NCBI GenBank assembly: GCA_044350705.1 | Contig: JBILHA010000001.1 | Span: 355,431 to 419,430, forward strand | From: Candidatus Kapaibacterium sp. | Lineage (GTDB): Bacteria; Patescibacteriota; Patescibacteriia; UBA9934 | Direction of reading: 5' to 3' | DNA length: 64,000 nt | Part shown: positions 44,770 through 55,573 of the stretch, piece by piece | Layout: each line of letters starts with the position of its first letter | How positions within the stretch are numbered: position 1 is the stretch's first letter | Made by a program: the position numbers and the translations under genes | The notes under the pieces: generated by a model | What the model saw: the letters and a program-made list of their open reading frames with translations, nothing else | Database searches by the model: none | What the model was told of the DNA's origin: nothing

Positions 44770-45249
44770 TTATAGTGCGAGCGCTTCAAGATCTCGAATG
44801 ATTTCATCCACATGCCCTGCGGGCTTTACGTTCTCATATACCTTCACAACATATCCTTTTGGATCAATGAGATACGTATTTCGGAGGATGCCTACATATT
44901 CACGTCCCATGAATTTCTTTTTTCCTAGAGCGCCGTATGCCTCACAGATCTTTTTCTCTTCATCAGCAAGAAGTGGAAAAGTAAGGCTTTCATTTTCAGC
45001 GAATTTTGCATGACGCTTTACTGAATCTGCGGATACCCCTAAGACCACCGCTCCCTTCGCGGTTATGCGATGGAGATTGTCTCGGAAGCTACATGCTTCA
45101 ATGGTGCAACCGGGGGTCATATCTTTAGGATAGAAATAGAGCACCACCCATTTACCAAGATAGTCGGTTAGGTTATGTGTTTTGTTATTTTGATCTTGCG
45201 TCGTAAAATGTGGTGCTGGTTTCTGTACTAAATCCTGTGCTGTAGACAT
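44770..45249 (-). CDS. bcp: thiol peroxidase / peroxiredoxin (Bcp-type)
   Basis: YFYPKDMTPGCTIEACSFRD. Confidence 0.8.
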   Translation of the reverse strand: MSTAQDLVQKPAPHFTTQDQNNKTHNLTDYLGKWVVLYFYPKDMTPGCTIEACSFRDNLHRITAKGAVVLGVSADSVKRHAKFAENESLTFPLLADEEKKICEAYGALGKKKFMGREYVGILRNTYLIDPKGYVVKVYENVKPAGHVDEIIRDLEALAL

Positions 45250-45257
45250 AGAAAAGG

Positions 45258-46115
45258 TTATTTCAGATAAATACGCTCGCCGAACCTGATATCAACATAC
45301 GACTGTGGGGTTGCCTCTGCAAGTACTTTTACCAATCTCCGTATTTGCACCCCAGGGTCTTCCCAGGGTGTGAAGAAAACGTCATACCCCCCCAGTGTCC
45401 TCGCCTCGATGCGTCCCCGGTCCTTCGTTACCGTAAACCGTTCAATACCAATGCCATTCATACTCAATGCCTTCCTGTACGCGGCGATATTTTCAAAAAG
45501 ATCCTTACTTTCTACCTGCATCCCTACCTCACCTGCAGCATGCAGTTGGCTCACGTCAATTTCACTATAGGACTCCGGAGGAATGATAATTCCCGCCTGA
45601 ATCTCTTCTGACGTTGCCACTGCCTGCAAAACACCGGTCTGCGTTGCAAACCATATGTCATGGCCAATGCGCACCGGAATCATGGTTACCGCCTCGCGCA
45701 CTTGTACATGCAGTTTTTTTCCCTCAAGGGTAAGGGAAACTTCTTCCAGCGGATATTTTTCTTGCAATACGGATACAATCTCCGCATGACCCATATTCCA
45801 AGTATAGAGACAGTCCACGGTAAATGCAGAGCACTCTTTGAGGCTATGCAGAATATCCCGCTCAAGATAGGCATTCGCAAGTGATCGCATGCCACTGACC
45901 TCAACTTCATGAATAGCAAAACGCTCCTGAGTGCCAAACCAGAACAGTGTTGAAAAGAATGTCACCCCTGAAACCACCGCGAGCGCAGTATAAAGTGCAT
46001 ATTTTGAACGCTCGAAGGCGCGCTCCTTAACTTTTGGATCAGCAAAGAGCGGGTTCGTCCATGAACCTGCGTACATTTTTGCATGAAGGCGTTGGAGAAA
46101 CGATTTGCTCGCCAT
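45258..46115 (-). CDS. ftsQ: cell division protein FtsQ/DivIB-like
   Basis: N-terminal TM helix, then POTRA-like IHEVEVSG...; C-terminal YVDIRFGERIYL. Confidence 0.55.
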   Translation of the reverse strand: MASKSFLQRLHAKMYAGSWTNPLFADPKVKERAFERSKYALYTALAVVSGVTFFSTLFWFGTQERFAIHEVEVSGMRSLANAYLERDILHSLKECSAFTVDCLYTWNMGHAEIVSVLQEKYPLEEVSLTLEGKKLHVQVREAVTMIPVRIGHDIWFATQTGVLQAVATSEEIQAGIIIPPESYSEIDVSQLHAAGEVGMQVESKDLFENIAAYRKALSMNGIGIERFTVTKDRGRIEARTLGGYDVFFTPWEDPGVQIRRLVKVLAEATPQSYVDIRFGERIYLK

Positions 46116-46139
46116 GTGCGTAGTATACCGTGAAGAGGC

Positions 46140-47279
46140 TTAGACCACGATACGAGGTAGGTGTTGTGAGATACGCGTTACTACTTCATAGTGGACCGTA
46201 CCCCATGCTTGTGCCCATTCATCCGCGGTTACTGTACCTAGACCCTCACGTCCAATCAGGGTTACCTCATCACCTGCCTTTGTGCCAGCAGGCGCGCCTC
46301 CAATATCGATCATGCACATATTCATGCATATTCGTCCCACGATGGGACAGCGCGTCCCTCGAACGACCACAAAGCCCTTATTGCCCGCTCGCCGATCAAG
46401 GCCGTCATAATAGCCTACGGGAATAACACCGATACGCATGGGCCTATTTGCCTTGAAGCTTCCGCCATATCCAATCGCTGCACCAGGAGGGATGTCTTGC
46501 ACATGTACAAGGTGTGTTTTCCAACTGAGTACCGGGGAAAGCTGGACATGTCGCTTTCCGAGCGTCCCCTGTCTCCGAACGTCCGGAGAAGGCCACAGGC
46601 CGTACAACATGATACCCAAGCGCACCATGCTGTGTTGCATATGCGGATCAAGGAGTGTTGCCGCTGAGCAGGAGATATGGTGGTAGGGGGCATATATCCC
46701 TTGCGCTTTAAGCCAAACTATTGCGTCGCAAAATATTGTATTTTGTCGTTTTGTTTCCCATTCCGCTGAGGCATCTTCACTACTTGCAAAGTGCGAGGCA
46801 ACAGACTGCACAAACACCCAGCCTTTCCACTCAGCCAATGCTCGCATCATGGCGTGCACCACACGCTCTTGTGCGCCCAGACGATACAAGCCCGTTTCTA
46901 TTTCAAGAGTCACCTGAACGGGCATTCCCAAACGCTTTGCAACATTTCCCAAGGCAACAATTTCTTCTGGAGAAGATACCGTTTGTATAGCCCTCGCCCG
47001 TACCACGCGCTCATATTCTTCTGCCATTTGCATTCCTAAAAGAAAGATAGAGGCCTGTTCCCCCGCTACCCGTCTTACCTCTTCTGCCTCGTGTATTGCA
47101 TCGACCGCAAAATGCGCTATCCCCTCTTCCAGACAGATGCGTACGACGGGAGCAATTCCATGCCCATATGCAAATGCTTTTACCACCGCGCAGAATACAA
47201 CACCGGGCTCAAGAATACTCTTGAGCCCTGCAATATTGTTCCGAAGCGCATCTTGCGATATTTCAACCCACGTGCGCAT
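46140..47279 (-). CDS. alr: alanine racemase
   Basis: AVVKAFAYGHG PLP-lysine motif. Start taken as M50 of the track ORF, 14 nt after the serS stop. Confidence 0.8.
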   Translation of the reverse strand: MRTWVEISQDALRNNIAGLKSILEPGVVFCAVVKAFAYGHGIAPVVRICLEEGIAHFAVDAIHEAEEVRRVAGEQASIFLLGMQMAEEYERVVRARAIQTVSSPEEIVALGNVAKRLGMPVQVTLEIETGLYRLGAQERVVHAMMRALAEWKGWVFVQSVASHFASSEDASAEWETKRQNTIFCDAIVWLKAQGIYAPYHHISCSAATLLDPHMQHSMVRLGIMLYGLWPSPDVRRQGTLGKRHVQLSPVLSWKTHLVHVQDIPPGAAIGYGGSFKANRPMRIGVIPVGYYDGLDRRAGNKGFVVVRGTRCPIVGRICMNMCMIDIGGAPAGTKAGDEVTLIGREGLGTVTADEWAQAWGTVHYEVVTRISQHLPRIVV

Positions 47280-47292
47280 AGGTAAAGAAATG

Positions 47293-48561
47293 TTACTTCT
47301 TCGTGATAACCTCTTTATTCCCCATCCAAGGACGAAGTACTTCAGGAATACGAATGCTTCCATCAGCTTGTTGATACTGCTCAAGCAATGCAACCATAAT
47401 GCGTCCAATCGCAAATGCGGTTCCATTCAGGGTATGCAGGAATTCAACGCCCCCTTCCGTGCGCTTTACCCGCGTATTGAGACGACGTGCCTGGTAGTCC
47501 GTACACGTGCTTGTTGAGTGCGTTTCACGATACGTATTTTGTGAAGGGATCCAGGTTTCAATGTCGTACTTGCGTGCAGCAGGCATTCCTAAGTCTCCCG
47601 TACACTGCTTGATCACTCGGTACGCCAAGCCCAACCCTTGTACCAGCTCTTCTTCAATCGCAAGCAATTTTTCATGCTCGGCATCTGAGGTTTCCGGTGT
47701 GGTATAGGAGAACATCTCGATCTTATCGAATTGGTGCATGCGGATAATGCCCTTCGTATCTTTTCCGTAGCTTCCCGCCTCACGACGATAGCAAGGGGAA
47801 ATTCCCACGTATCTTAAAGGAAGCTCTTCCTCCTTCAGGGTTTCATCCATGTGCAACGCACCAAGAGGCTGCTCCGCAGTCCCGATAAGATAGAGATTAT
47901 CCTTTTGCAGGTAGTAAATCTCATCCTGTCCGCCGTGTTCGAGGTAGCCCATTGCACGCATAACGCGGGGGGAGACCATGTGAGGAACCGTTGCAGGAAT
48001 GAATCCATGGCGCGTAATGAGGGAAAGTGCGTATTGGAAGAGTGCGAACTGCATGAGCGCAGCATCTCCCTTCAGATAGGCAAATCTTGCTCCTGCAGTA
48101 CGCGCACCACGTTCGGTGTCGATAATATCGAGCGCAGTTCCTAGCTCTAAGTGGTCCTTCACGGGAAAATCAAAAACAGGTACTTCACCTACCGTTTTTA
48201 CTACTTCATTTTCCGCATCACTCTCTCCGCGCTTCACGTCGGAAAGTGCAGGGTTAGGAATGAGGAAGAGCAGCTGCTCCAATTCTTCTTGGAGCGGTCG
48301 CTGCTTTGCTACGAGATCTTCGTATGCTTTATCTTCGGCACGCATCTCCTCGATGAGACGTGCTCGCTCATCTGCGCTCGCCTTGGGAATTTGCGCGGAA
48401 ACCGCATTCTTTTTTGCACGCATCGCCTCGATGTCCGCGGTGAGGGCGCGAACCTGAGAGTCCAGAACAAGAATACGATCAGTATCAATGTCTACGCCTT
48501 TTTCTCGTGCTGCGGTGCGGAAGTATCCAGGATTATCACGGAACTTTTTTAGGTCGATCAT
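47293..48561 (-). CDS. serS: seryl-tRNA synthetase
   Basis: N-terminal coiled coil followed by class II motifs; 422 aa. Confidence 0.9.
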   Translation of the reverse strand: MIDLKKFRDNPGYFRTAAREKGVDIDTDRILVLDSQVRALTADIEAMRAKKNAVSAQIPKASADERARLIEEMRAEDKAYEDLVAKQRPLQEELEQLLFLIPNPALSDVKRGESDAENEVVKTVGEVPVFDFPVKDHLELGTALDIIDTERGARTAGARFAYLKGDAALMQFALFQYALSLITRHGFIPATVPHMVSPRVMRAMGYLEHGGQDEIYYLQKDNLYLIGTAEQPLGALHMDETLKEEELPLRYVGISPCYRREAGSYGKDTKGIIRMHQFDKIEMFSYTTPETSDAEHEKLLAIEEELVQGLGLAYRVIKQCTGDLGMPAARKYDIETWIPSQNTYRETHSTSTCTDYQARRLNTRVKRTEGGVEFLHTLNGTAFAIGRIMVALLEQYQQADGSIRIPEVLRPWMGNKEVITKK

Positions 48562-48573
48562 ACGGACATGCTC

Positions 48574-48975
48574 CTAGGGATGCAATAAGGATGTTTTGTA
48601 TTTTTCAGGATGAAAAGGGTTGAACGTGGCAATAGTCCCATGGTACCCGGTTTTCTCTTTCCATGCCAAGAAATGTGCTCTGAGTGCGTCTTGGTCATAG
48701 CCAAACCCAATAATCTCCGGCCGTTCTTCAAGGATGCACAAGTATTCTCCCTCCCTTGCATCGCTCGGACGTACTCGAGACACCGCAGGATGCTTTTTTA
48801 ACACGTGATAACGCTCTGCAAAGGGGTAATGAGGCTCTCGATGCTTCAACCTTCGTATTACCTCATCTTGGGCCAAGATGACGAGCACCTCCCCGTATGT
48901 CTTTGCTTCGCTCAAGAGGTGGTCATGGCCTGGATGCAAACCATCAAACGATCCGAACACGGCGATCACGGGCAT
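48574..48975 (-). CDS. RibL-like FAD synthase / cytidylyltransferase-fold nucleotidyltransferase (archaeal-type FMN adenylyltransferase)
   Basis: GSFDGLHPGH, LAQDEVIRR, GFGYDQD and KYKTSLL match archaeal RibL (GTFDxxHPGH...VARDxTV...GYDQ...KSSxI). Confidence 0.5.
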   Translation of the reverse strand: MPVIAVFGSFDGLHPGHDHLLSEAKTYGEVLVILAQDEVIRRLKHREPHYPFAERYHVLKKHPAVSRVRPSDAREGEYLCILEERPEIIGFGYDQDALRAHFLAWKEKTGYHGTIATFNPFHPEKYKTSLLHP

Positions 48976-48976
48976 A

Positions 48977-50446
48977 CTATTGCTTTGGCCGAAGTGTTGG
49001 GAAGAGGATGACTTCTTTGAGATTCGGTGATTCAGTGATCATCGCCGCCAAGCGGTCGATTCCTACCCCCATTCCTGCCGCAGGAGGCATACCAAGCTCA
49101 AGGGCAGCGATAAAATCTTCATCCATCCACTGCGCCTCCTCGCTTCCCTTCTCTCGAAGTTCCTGCTGAGCCAAGAAACGATTCTTTTGATCTTCAGGAT
49201 CATTCAATTCATGGTAATACGCATTGATAATCTCAGCACCGCATACCACCAGCTGCACCGAAGCACTCAACTGCTTTTCTTGCGTATGTTGGCGTGCAAG
49301 CGGCTTGAGGTCGAGAGGATAGTCATACACCCACGTCGGCTCCGTCATTTGTGGACGAGCCGTGGCTTTATAGAGTGCATCGAGGTACTCGCCCATGCCA
49401 TGACATCCGGAAAAGTCTGCTTTTATCTTTTTTGCCTTTACTTCTTTGATGAGCTCTTGCGGGGTGCTGAGAGATTTCACATCAATCCCGCTTGCCTCAC
49501 TAATTGCGTCGTAAAACGTTGTCCTTTTCCACGGCGCAGCGAAGTCTACTTCCCTCCCTTCAATTACCACGCGAAGATTTTCTCCACGCGCCGCATGAAG
49601 CGCGTAGCGTAACATTTCTTCAAGGAATGCGATGTACTTCTCCCCCGAGACATACGCCCAGTACATTTCCATCATGGTGAACTCGGGATTGTGCGCGTAA
49701 TCGATGCCTTCATTACGGAAACAACGGCCGATTTCGTAGATCTTTTCAAATCCTCCTACCAGCAGACGCTTGAGATACAGCTCAGGAGCAATGCGAAGGT
49801 ACAAATCAATATCGAGCGCATTGTGGTGGGTGATAAACGGGCGCGCATTTGCTCCCCCGGGAATACTTTGCAACATGGGCGTCTCTACTTCCAAAAAGCC
49901 CCGGTCATCCAAGAAACGGCGAAAAGCTGACGTGAGCTTTGAACGCATAACAAAGCGCTCCCGTACGGCAGGATTTGCGAGCAAATCTAATTCGCGCTGC
50001 CGGTATCGCACCTCAATATCCTGAAGTCCGTGCCACTTTTCCGGCAAAGGACGAATCGCCTTCGCAAGCGTACGTACTCGCGACGCCAAAAGTGATCGCT
50101 CGCCGGTTTTTGTAACGTACGCAGTCCCCGCGACTTCAAGGATGTCTCCCGTATCAAACAGCGATGACCAGGTTTCGTACTCCTCTCCCAGATCTTCTTT
50201 ACGCATGACCATTTGCATCTCTCCTGATTCGTCACGGAGTCGTACAAACGTAAGCGCTCCAATGCGACGTGCGGTCATTGCGCGGCCCGCAATAGTAAAC
50301 CGCTCTTGACTCTCGAATGCCGCATCAAATTTCTCGGCGATCTCCCCCACCAATGCCGTGCGCTCGGTATCCACGGGATACGCCTCTCCCTGCTCACGGA
50401 GTTTCGCCAAACGCTCTTTTCGTACTTCGTATTCGCTTTTTTCCAT
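48977..50446 (-). CDS. lysS: lysyl-tRNA synthetase (class II)
   Basis: 489 aa with an anticodon-binding N-domain and class II core. Confidence 0.9.
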   Translation of the reverse strand: MEKSEYEVRKERLAKLREQGEAYPVDTERTALVGEIAEKFDAAFESQERFTIAGRAMTARRIGALTFVRLRDESGEMQMVMRKEDLGEEYETWSSLFDTGDILEVAGTAYVTKTGERSLLASRVRTLAKAIRPLPEKWHGLQDIEVRYRQRELDLLANPAVRERFVMRSKLTSAFRRFLDDRGFLEVETPMLQSIPGGANARPFITHHNALDIDLYLRIAPELYLKRLLVGGFEKIYEIGRCFRNEGIDYAHNPEFTMMEMYWAYVSGEKYIAFLEEMLRYALHAARGENLRVVIEGREVDFAAPWKRTTFYDAISEASGIDVKSLSTPQELIKEVKAKKIKADFSGCHGMGEYLDALYKATARPQMTEPTWVYDYPLDLKPLARQHTQEKQLSASVQLVVCGAEIINAYYHELNDPEDQKNRFLAQQELREKGSEEAQWMDEDFIAALELGMPPAAGMGVGIDRLAAMITESPNLKEVILFPTLRPKQ

Positions 50447-50502
50447 ATTGGTTCCCAGTGTATAGGAGAAACTATAGCATTGTGAAGTGCGTACTTTTCC
50501 CC

Positions 50503-51762
50503 TTATACCAGCCTATCCGTATGAGCTAGCGCATCAAACTTCGCGGTCATTGTGGGATTTCCCCGTGTGAGTTTCTTGATGGTTAAATCCTCCGCTTTGT
50601 TATTTGCAATACGAAGATTGTTTTCAGACGAAAGAAGGGCTTCTTTGGTTTTTTGCAGATGATCAATCGTTTTCTCTATTTCTTCAATCGCGGTTTTGAA
50701 TTTACGACTCGCAAGCTCGTAATTTCTTGCAAATCCTTCTTTGAAGTTTTGGATGTTTTCTTCAAAGTGCGTAATGTCGATATCTTGATTTCTCACCAGT
50801 GCGAGTTCTGCTTTGTACTTCAGACAATTCAAAGATGCATTCCGAAGAAGCGTGATGATCTGAATAAAAAACTGCGGTCGAATCACGTACATCTTTTCGT
50901 ACTTATACGACATATCCACGATGCCCGTGTTGTACAGTTCACTATCCGCCTCAAGGAGCGAGACGAGAACCGCATATTCGCACTTCTTCTCACTACGATC
51001 TTTATCAAGCTCGCGAAGAAAGTCTTCATTCTTTTTCTTTGTCGCCGTTTCATCACCTTCGTTTTTCATTTCAAACATGATGGAAATAATTTCATTCCCT
51101 AACTCATCAGTTTCTCGATAGATGTAGTCGCCCTTGCTGCCGGTCCGCGCGTCATTGTCCTTTTCAAAATAGGCCTTTTGAAATGCGGTCGCTCTCAATT
51201 TATTAAACTCAGTCTCACAGTGCTGTTCGAGCGTCTCGCCAATCATTTTTGTTGAGAGCTTTACTTTCATATCTTTCCGCAGTGCAATTTCTTCGTCTTT
51301 CATCCTGATGATGTCGTCTTTTGTTTTGAGCTCAGCAATAAATTTTTCCTTGAGTGCAGTTTCGAGCAGCTGTTTTTCAACATTTTTATTCTGCAGCTCA
51401 TGCACAAGGCTGTCACGTTCTTTCTGCAGGTGCTGTATCGCCTCGGTAACTGCGAGTTTCTTCTCGATCTCTATAGATTCAATCTTTGCCTGAAGCTTGC
51501 TCATCTCAGCAGCTTTCTCGACTTTCATCCTGGCCATCTCTGCATCTTTCTGAAACAGGTCCTGCTGCAACGCACTTTTTACCTGCACCTCGACGAGCTT
51601 TACTGCGCTCTCTTTCTCTTTTTCAAGGAGCGCAAGCCGCTCATGCAATTCTCGATCGAATTCCTGGTTACGCACCTGCTTCAGAATATCCGCGAATCCG
51701 GTTTCATCAATGGTGAACGCTTTTTCACAGTGGGGGCATTTAATCTCATGCATACTTTTCAC
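50503..51762 (-). CDS. DUF2130 family protein (N-terminal CPHC zinc ribbon, long coiled coil, C-terminal conserved domain)
   Basis: [35 protein letters not shown] is the characteristic DUF2130 start. GC is lower (about 43%) than the neighbours. Confidence 0.5.
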   Translation of the reverse strand: MKSMHEIKCPHCEKAFTIDETGFADILKQVRNQEFDRELHERLALLEKEKESAVKLVEVQVKSALQQDLFQKDAEMARMKVEKAAEMSKLQAKIESIEIEKKLAVTEAIQHLQKERDSLVHELQNKNVEKQLLETALKEKFIAELKTKDDIIRMKDEEIALRKDMKVKLSTKMIGETLEQHCETEFNKLRATAFQKAYFEKDNDARTGSKGDYIYRETDELGNEIISIMFEMKNEGDETATKKKNEDFLRELDKDRSEKKCEYAVLVSLLEADSELYNTGIVDMSYKYEKMYVIRPQFFIQIITLLRNASLNCLKYKAELALVRNQDIDITHFEENIQNFKEGFARNYELASRKFKTAIEEIEKTIDHLQKTKEALLSSENNLRIANNKAEDLTIKKLTRGNPTMTAKFDALAHTDRLV

Positions 51763-51831
51763 CTATGCTAGCACTCTTCGGTGATTCAAAAAACCCCAGC
51801 AAATTCGTACTTTCTCCACCGGTGAGCAAAA

Positions 51832-51866
51832 ACAAAAACAGACGACGCACGGCCGTCTGTTTTTGT
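51832..51866. terminator. 13-bp stem hairpin acaaaaacagacg...cgtctgtttttgt directly after the greA stop
   Basis: Read directly from the sequence. Confidence 0.75.
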
Positions 51867-52328
51867 TTATTTTACCTGCACAATCGTGTACTCCATGGTC
51901 CCCGAGGGAACCTCTACTTTTACCGCTTCTCCCTCTTTACGACCAATGAATGCCTGACCCAAAGGAGAGGCGTTACTTATCCGTCCTTCCATGGGATTTG
52001 CTTCACTCTCTCCTACGAGCGAGAATGTTTTTTCCAATCCTTTTATAGAGACCACAAAAGTAGACCCAAGCGCGATCGCTCCTCCGTGCTGAGCGTCTAC
52101 GACCACCGCGCTTAACAGCATCTGCTGCAGTTCAGTGATGCGCATTTCGTTTTGTCCCTGCTGTTCACGCGCTTCATGATAAGCAAAGTTTTCGGAGAGA
52201 TCTCCCATTTCTCGGGCATCCGCAATCTTCGCCGCAATTTCTGGGCGAAGCACTTTGATACGCATTTCTAATTCCTGTTTCAGCTCAGCAAGTGCTTGCG
52301 CGGAAACGTAGGTTACATTATTTTCCAT
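51867..52328 (-). CDS. greA: transcription elongation factor GreA
   Basis: Coiled-coil N-domain plus FKBP-like C-domain; 153 aa. Confidence 0.85.
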   Translation of the reverse strand: MENNVTYVSAQALAELKQELEMRIKVLRPEIAAKIADAREMGDLSENFAYHEAREQQGQNEMRITELQQMLLSAVVVDAQHGGAIALGSTFVVSIKGLEKTFSLVGESEANPMEGRISNASPLGQAFIGRKEGEAVKVEVPSGTMEYTIVQVK

Positions 52329-52447
52329 ATATTTTCATTTACTCAAAGATCCTCCAGTTTCTGGGATCTGTCCCAAGATGACACGGCGAGAAAGAAAACG
52401 GCGCGAGCCACAGGCTCAGCGACGTTTTTCGTGATTGAGTGAGTATA

Positions 52448-54340
52448 TCACTCCGCCGCTTCATCGTCAACCTGAGAAAAGTACCACGCGAGCACGTCAC
52501 GGGCGATTGGAGAAGCAAGCGAAAACTCACCCCCCTGCTCCACGATCACCGTAATCACCACCTCCGGATTTTCATAGGGCGCAAAGCCGGTAAACCATGA
52601 GTGAGGCTGCAAGGTGGACGACCACTGAGCGGTTCCTGTTTTGCCTGCAGAGGTCACTGGGAGCGATTGGAATGCCTGCGCTGTCCCGCGAAGAACGGTA
52701 TCGCGCATCCCTTTTTGTACTATCCCCACCACCTCAGGAGAAAGGATGCGCTCTTTTTCTCCTTGAGCATCTTTGAGGAGGACTGGAGTTACGAGCTCTC
52801 CCCCATTTGCAACCGCCGCAGTCATCCGCGCAATCTGCAGAGGACTGACAAGTACATCTCCCTGACCAATGGATACATTGTACGTATCACCAATATACCA
52901 AGGCTCTCCCTTTACCTCTTCCTTCCATGCCTTTGACGGCAGAAATCCCCGAGACTCCCCCGATAGTCCGATCCCCGTGTATTCGCCAAGCCCGAACGTA
53001 CGCGCCCACTCCATCAACCGCTCAATCCCCATTCCCGTGAAATCTCCCGTTCCTCCGCCGATGGCATAAAAAAAGGTATTCACCGAGTCGGCAATGGCGA
53101 AAGAGACATCCGTGAGTCCATGCCCCCCTCCGCGCCAATCCGGGAAAAAGCGATTCCCGAGCCAAAGCCCCCCCGTTGAAAGAAAGGTCGTCTGAGGAGA
53201 AATAATCCCATCAGTGAGCGCGCCTGCAGCATAGAGCACTTTGATCGTTGAACCGGCAGGATAAGACCCGGCAATGCTTCGATTAAATAACGGAGCATTT
53301 GGATCATCGACGAGCGCGCTGTAGGTTTCTTGGCTCACTCCTTCTGTAAAAAGATTCGCGTCAAAGGAGGGATATGACACCATGGCTAATACCTCTCCGG
53401 TGTTTGGCTGCATCACCATGACCGAGGCACGTGCCACAGGAGCGTTCTCGAGCCTGCTTGCGATCACTTGTTCTATATACGCATGTAAGCTTGCATCCAG
53501 CGAAAGCGTGAGATCTTCACCTTGGAGCGGATCTTCTTGCAAGAGCGTGCGAAGCACTCCCCCCTGGGCATCTACTTCTACAAGCGTTTCCCCATTTTCA
53601 CCACGGAGCCTCTCTTCAAACAGGCGTTCAACACCCTGCTTTCCGATGCGATCAAACGGGCGGTATCCCGCTTCCTTTTTCGTGGAATATTCTTCCGAAG
53701 AAAGCCCGGCCGTATATCCCAATACATGAGAGAGACTTGGAATGCGGTCAGTGATGTATGAGCGCTCTTCATTTACCTCTATCCGAATAGCTTGCGGCAA
53801 TCCCCCCTCTGCAAGATAGCGCAGCGCGCATTCAGCAGTGAGATGGTCTGCGAGCACAAACTCCACCTCTTTTTTTCTTCTCGCTTCATGTACCGCTTCG
53901 AGCAACTCCTCACGAGATAGTCCGCACGAGACCATGAGCGGCGCAAATACATCTTGCAAGGCCTCATCTTCTTCGGGAAGCAGGGTGGTATATGACAGTA
54001 GACGATAATCAGGGTCGTTCTTTGCCAGCACCGTTCCATGACGATCATAGAGCCTCCCCCGATGAGCGACGTTCACCACTCGCTGCAAGCGATTTTGTTC
54101 GGCAACCAATCGCAATTCATCCCCTTCGATGACCTGCAATTCCGCGAGACGGACGCCCATGAAAAAAAAGATTGTTGCACAGATTGCCACTCCCACTTTT
54201 CTTCTGATTTTCTCTCGTTTTCTCGGCGCCTCTGCAGGAAGGAGCTGGTCTTCCTCTTCCGCATTCACAAACGAACGCTCAGCTTGTGGGAGCGCTTCTT
54301 CTTGCCATTCTGGACCAAAGAGTGATCGTTTCTCACGCAT
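52448..54340 (-). CDS. mrdA: penicillin-binding protein 2 (peptidoglycan D,D-transpeptidase)
   Basis: SxxK motif GSTIK, SxN and KTG motifs. It lies downstream of mreBCD. Confidence 0.8.
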   Translation of the reverse strand: MREKRSLFGPEWQEEALPQAERSFVNAEEEDQLLPAEAPRKREKIRRKVGVAICATIFFFMGVRLAELQVIEGDELRLVAEQNRLQRVVNVAHRGRLYDRHGTVLAKNDPDYRLLSYTTLLPEEDEALQDVFAPLMVSCGLSREELLEAVHEARRKKEVEFVLADHLTAECALRYLAEGGLPQAIRIEVNEERSYITDRIPSLSHVLGYTAGLSSEEYSTKKEAGYRPFDRIGKQGVERLFEERLRGENGETLVEVDAQGGVLRTLLQEDPLQGEDLTLSLDASLHAYIEQVIASRLENAPVARASVMVMQPNTGEVLAMVSYPSFDANLFTEGVSQETYSALVDDPNAPLFNRSIAGSYPAGSTIKVLYAAGALTDGIISPQTTFLSTGGLWLGNRFFPDWRGGGHGLTDVSFAIADSVNTFFYAIGGGTGDFTGMGIERLMEWARTFGLGEYTGIGLSGESRGFLPSKAWKEEVKGEPWYIGDTYNVSIGQGDVLVSPLQIARMTAAVANGGELVTPVLLKDAQGEKERILSPEVVGIVQKGMRDTVLRGTAQAFQSLPVTSAGKTGTAQWSSTLQPHSWFTGFAPYENPEVVITVIVEQGGEFSLASPIARDVLAWYFSQVDDEAAE

Positions 54341-54800
54341 ACGGCGAAAACCATCTTCCTTTTAACACGTTTCCCGCAAGATACATTCCTGACACTTCTA
54401 CGATGACGCAGGCTATGAAGATCACCCACTCCCGCCATGAGAACAGCGGCATGCGCTCGAGCATGAGTCCCGCAAAAAGGACTCCTGCCGCAATACCCAT
54501 GAGCACCCGCGATCCATGCGCTGCGAGTACGGTCACTGCTCCATACCACAGCACTGCCACGACGCTCATGATCGCTGCTGATACAACCGCATCTCGTATC
54601 CACCATGCCACAAGCGCATGCAGGAGCAAACAGATCAGTCCCCATTCAAATCCGCCCATCGCGCTAATCATTACGAGGAGCGATGAAAGAAATATGGCTT
54701 CGGCAAAGGTATGCGGAGGATGACCTGCGGCTCCCTGTACGAGTGCGAACAGGAGCATCCCTATTCCTACCCCTACCGCAGGAAGGGAAAATTTTCTCAT
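54333..54800 (-). CDS. mreD: rod shape-determining protein MreD
   Basis: Small polytopic membrane protein following mreC. Confidence 0.55.
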   Translation of the reverse strand: MRKFSLPAVGVGIGMLLFALVQGAAGHPPHTFAEAIFLSSLLVMISAMGGFEWGLICLLLHALVAWWIRDAVVSAAIMSVVAVLWYGAVTVLAAHGSRVLMGIAAGVLFAGLMLERMPLFSWREWVIFIACVIVEVSGMYLAGNVLKGRWFSPYA

Positions 54801-55567
54801 AGCGAAGGGATATGAAAGACTTCTCCTTCCCACCATGCGTCGCTATAGATAAGCGGCTCGACCTTGATGCGATAAAACGGCGAAGGATCGGCGTCTATCA
54901 CTTCTTTTACCGTACCCAGCGCAAGCCCGCGGGTTATCCCTCCTCCCAAACCGCTCGTCACCACCGTATCTCCCACCTCTACTGCACTGCCTTTTGGAAC
55001 ATAGAGTAACTCTAACCATGCACCTCCGGTTCCTTTTGCTATTCCTACCGTCTCTTCTTTTCCCGAGACCATAGCAGGAATGGCACTTTGTGCGTGGGTA
55101 ATCGTTTGCACGACCGCGAGATCATTTTTTGCTTCAACCACCATTCCTAACAAGATCCTTCCCACTCCTACTCCTTCGCCTACGACAAACGGATCCCCCT
55201 TTTGCTTCCATACCAGGACATCCTCTTCATCTCCCTGGTATGCACGCGCAACCACCTGCACAGGAAGTGCCCGCACCGGACCCACATCGGTATATCGGAG
55301 TGTGCTCATCTCCTGCACGAGCTTTTCCTTCTCTTCCGTACAGGTCATGAGCGCATGCTCCTCCCAGCTCTCTTCAAGAAAGACATAGCGCACGGCCTGT
55401 CCTATTCGGGTAGCTCCGCGTACAAAACGAGCCTCCCCGTGCAGGATCGTCGGACGGGTAACTGAAAAAGACCGCAATCCCACGTAGAGTACAAAGGGAA
55501 TGAGGATACCAAGGGTCAAGAGAAAGCGCCGCAGGACACCTTCTGGAAGTCGAAATCTGCGGGGCAT
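54797..55567 (-). CDS. mreC: rod shape-determining protein MreC
   Basis: N-terminal TM helix and C-terminal GDTVVTSGLGG. Confidence 0.7.
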   Translation of the reverse strand: MPRRFRLPEGVLRRFLLTLGILIPFVLYVGLRSFSVTRPTILHGEARFVRGATRIGQAVRYVFLEESWEEHALMTCTEEKEKLVQEMSTLRYTDVGPVRALPVQVVARAYQGDEEDVLVWKQKGDPFVVGEGVGVGRILLGMVVEAKNDLAVVQTITHAQSAIPAMVSGKEETVGIAKGTGGAWLELLYVPKGSAVEVGDTVVTSGLGGGITRGLALGTVKEVIDADPSPFYRIKVEPLIYSDAWWEGEVFHIPSL

Positions 55568-55573
55568 AGTTTC

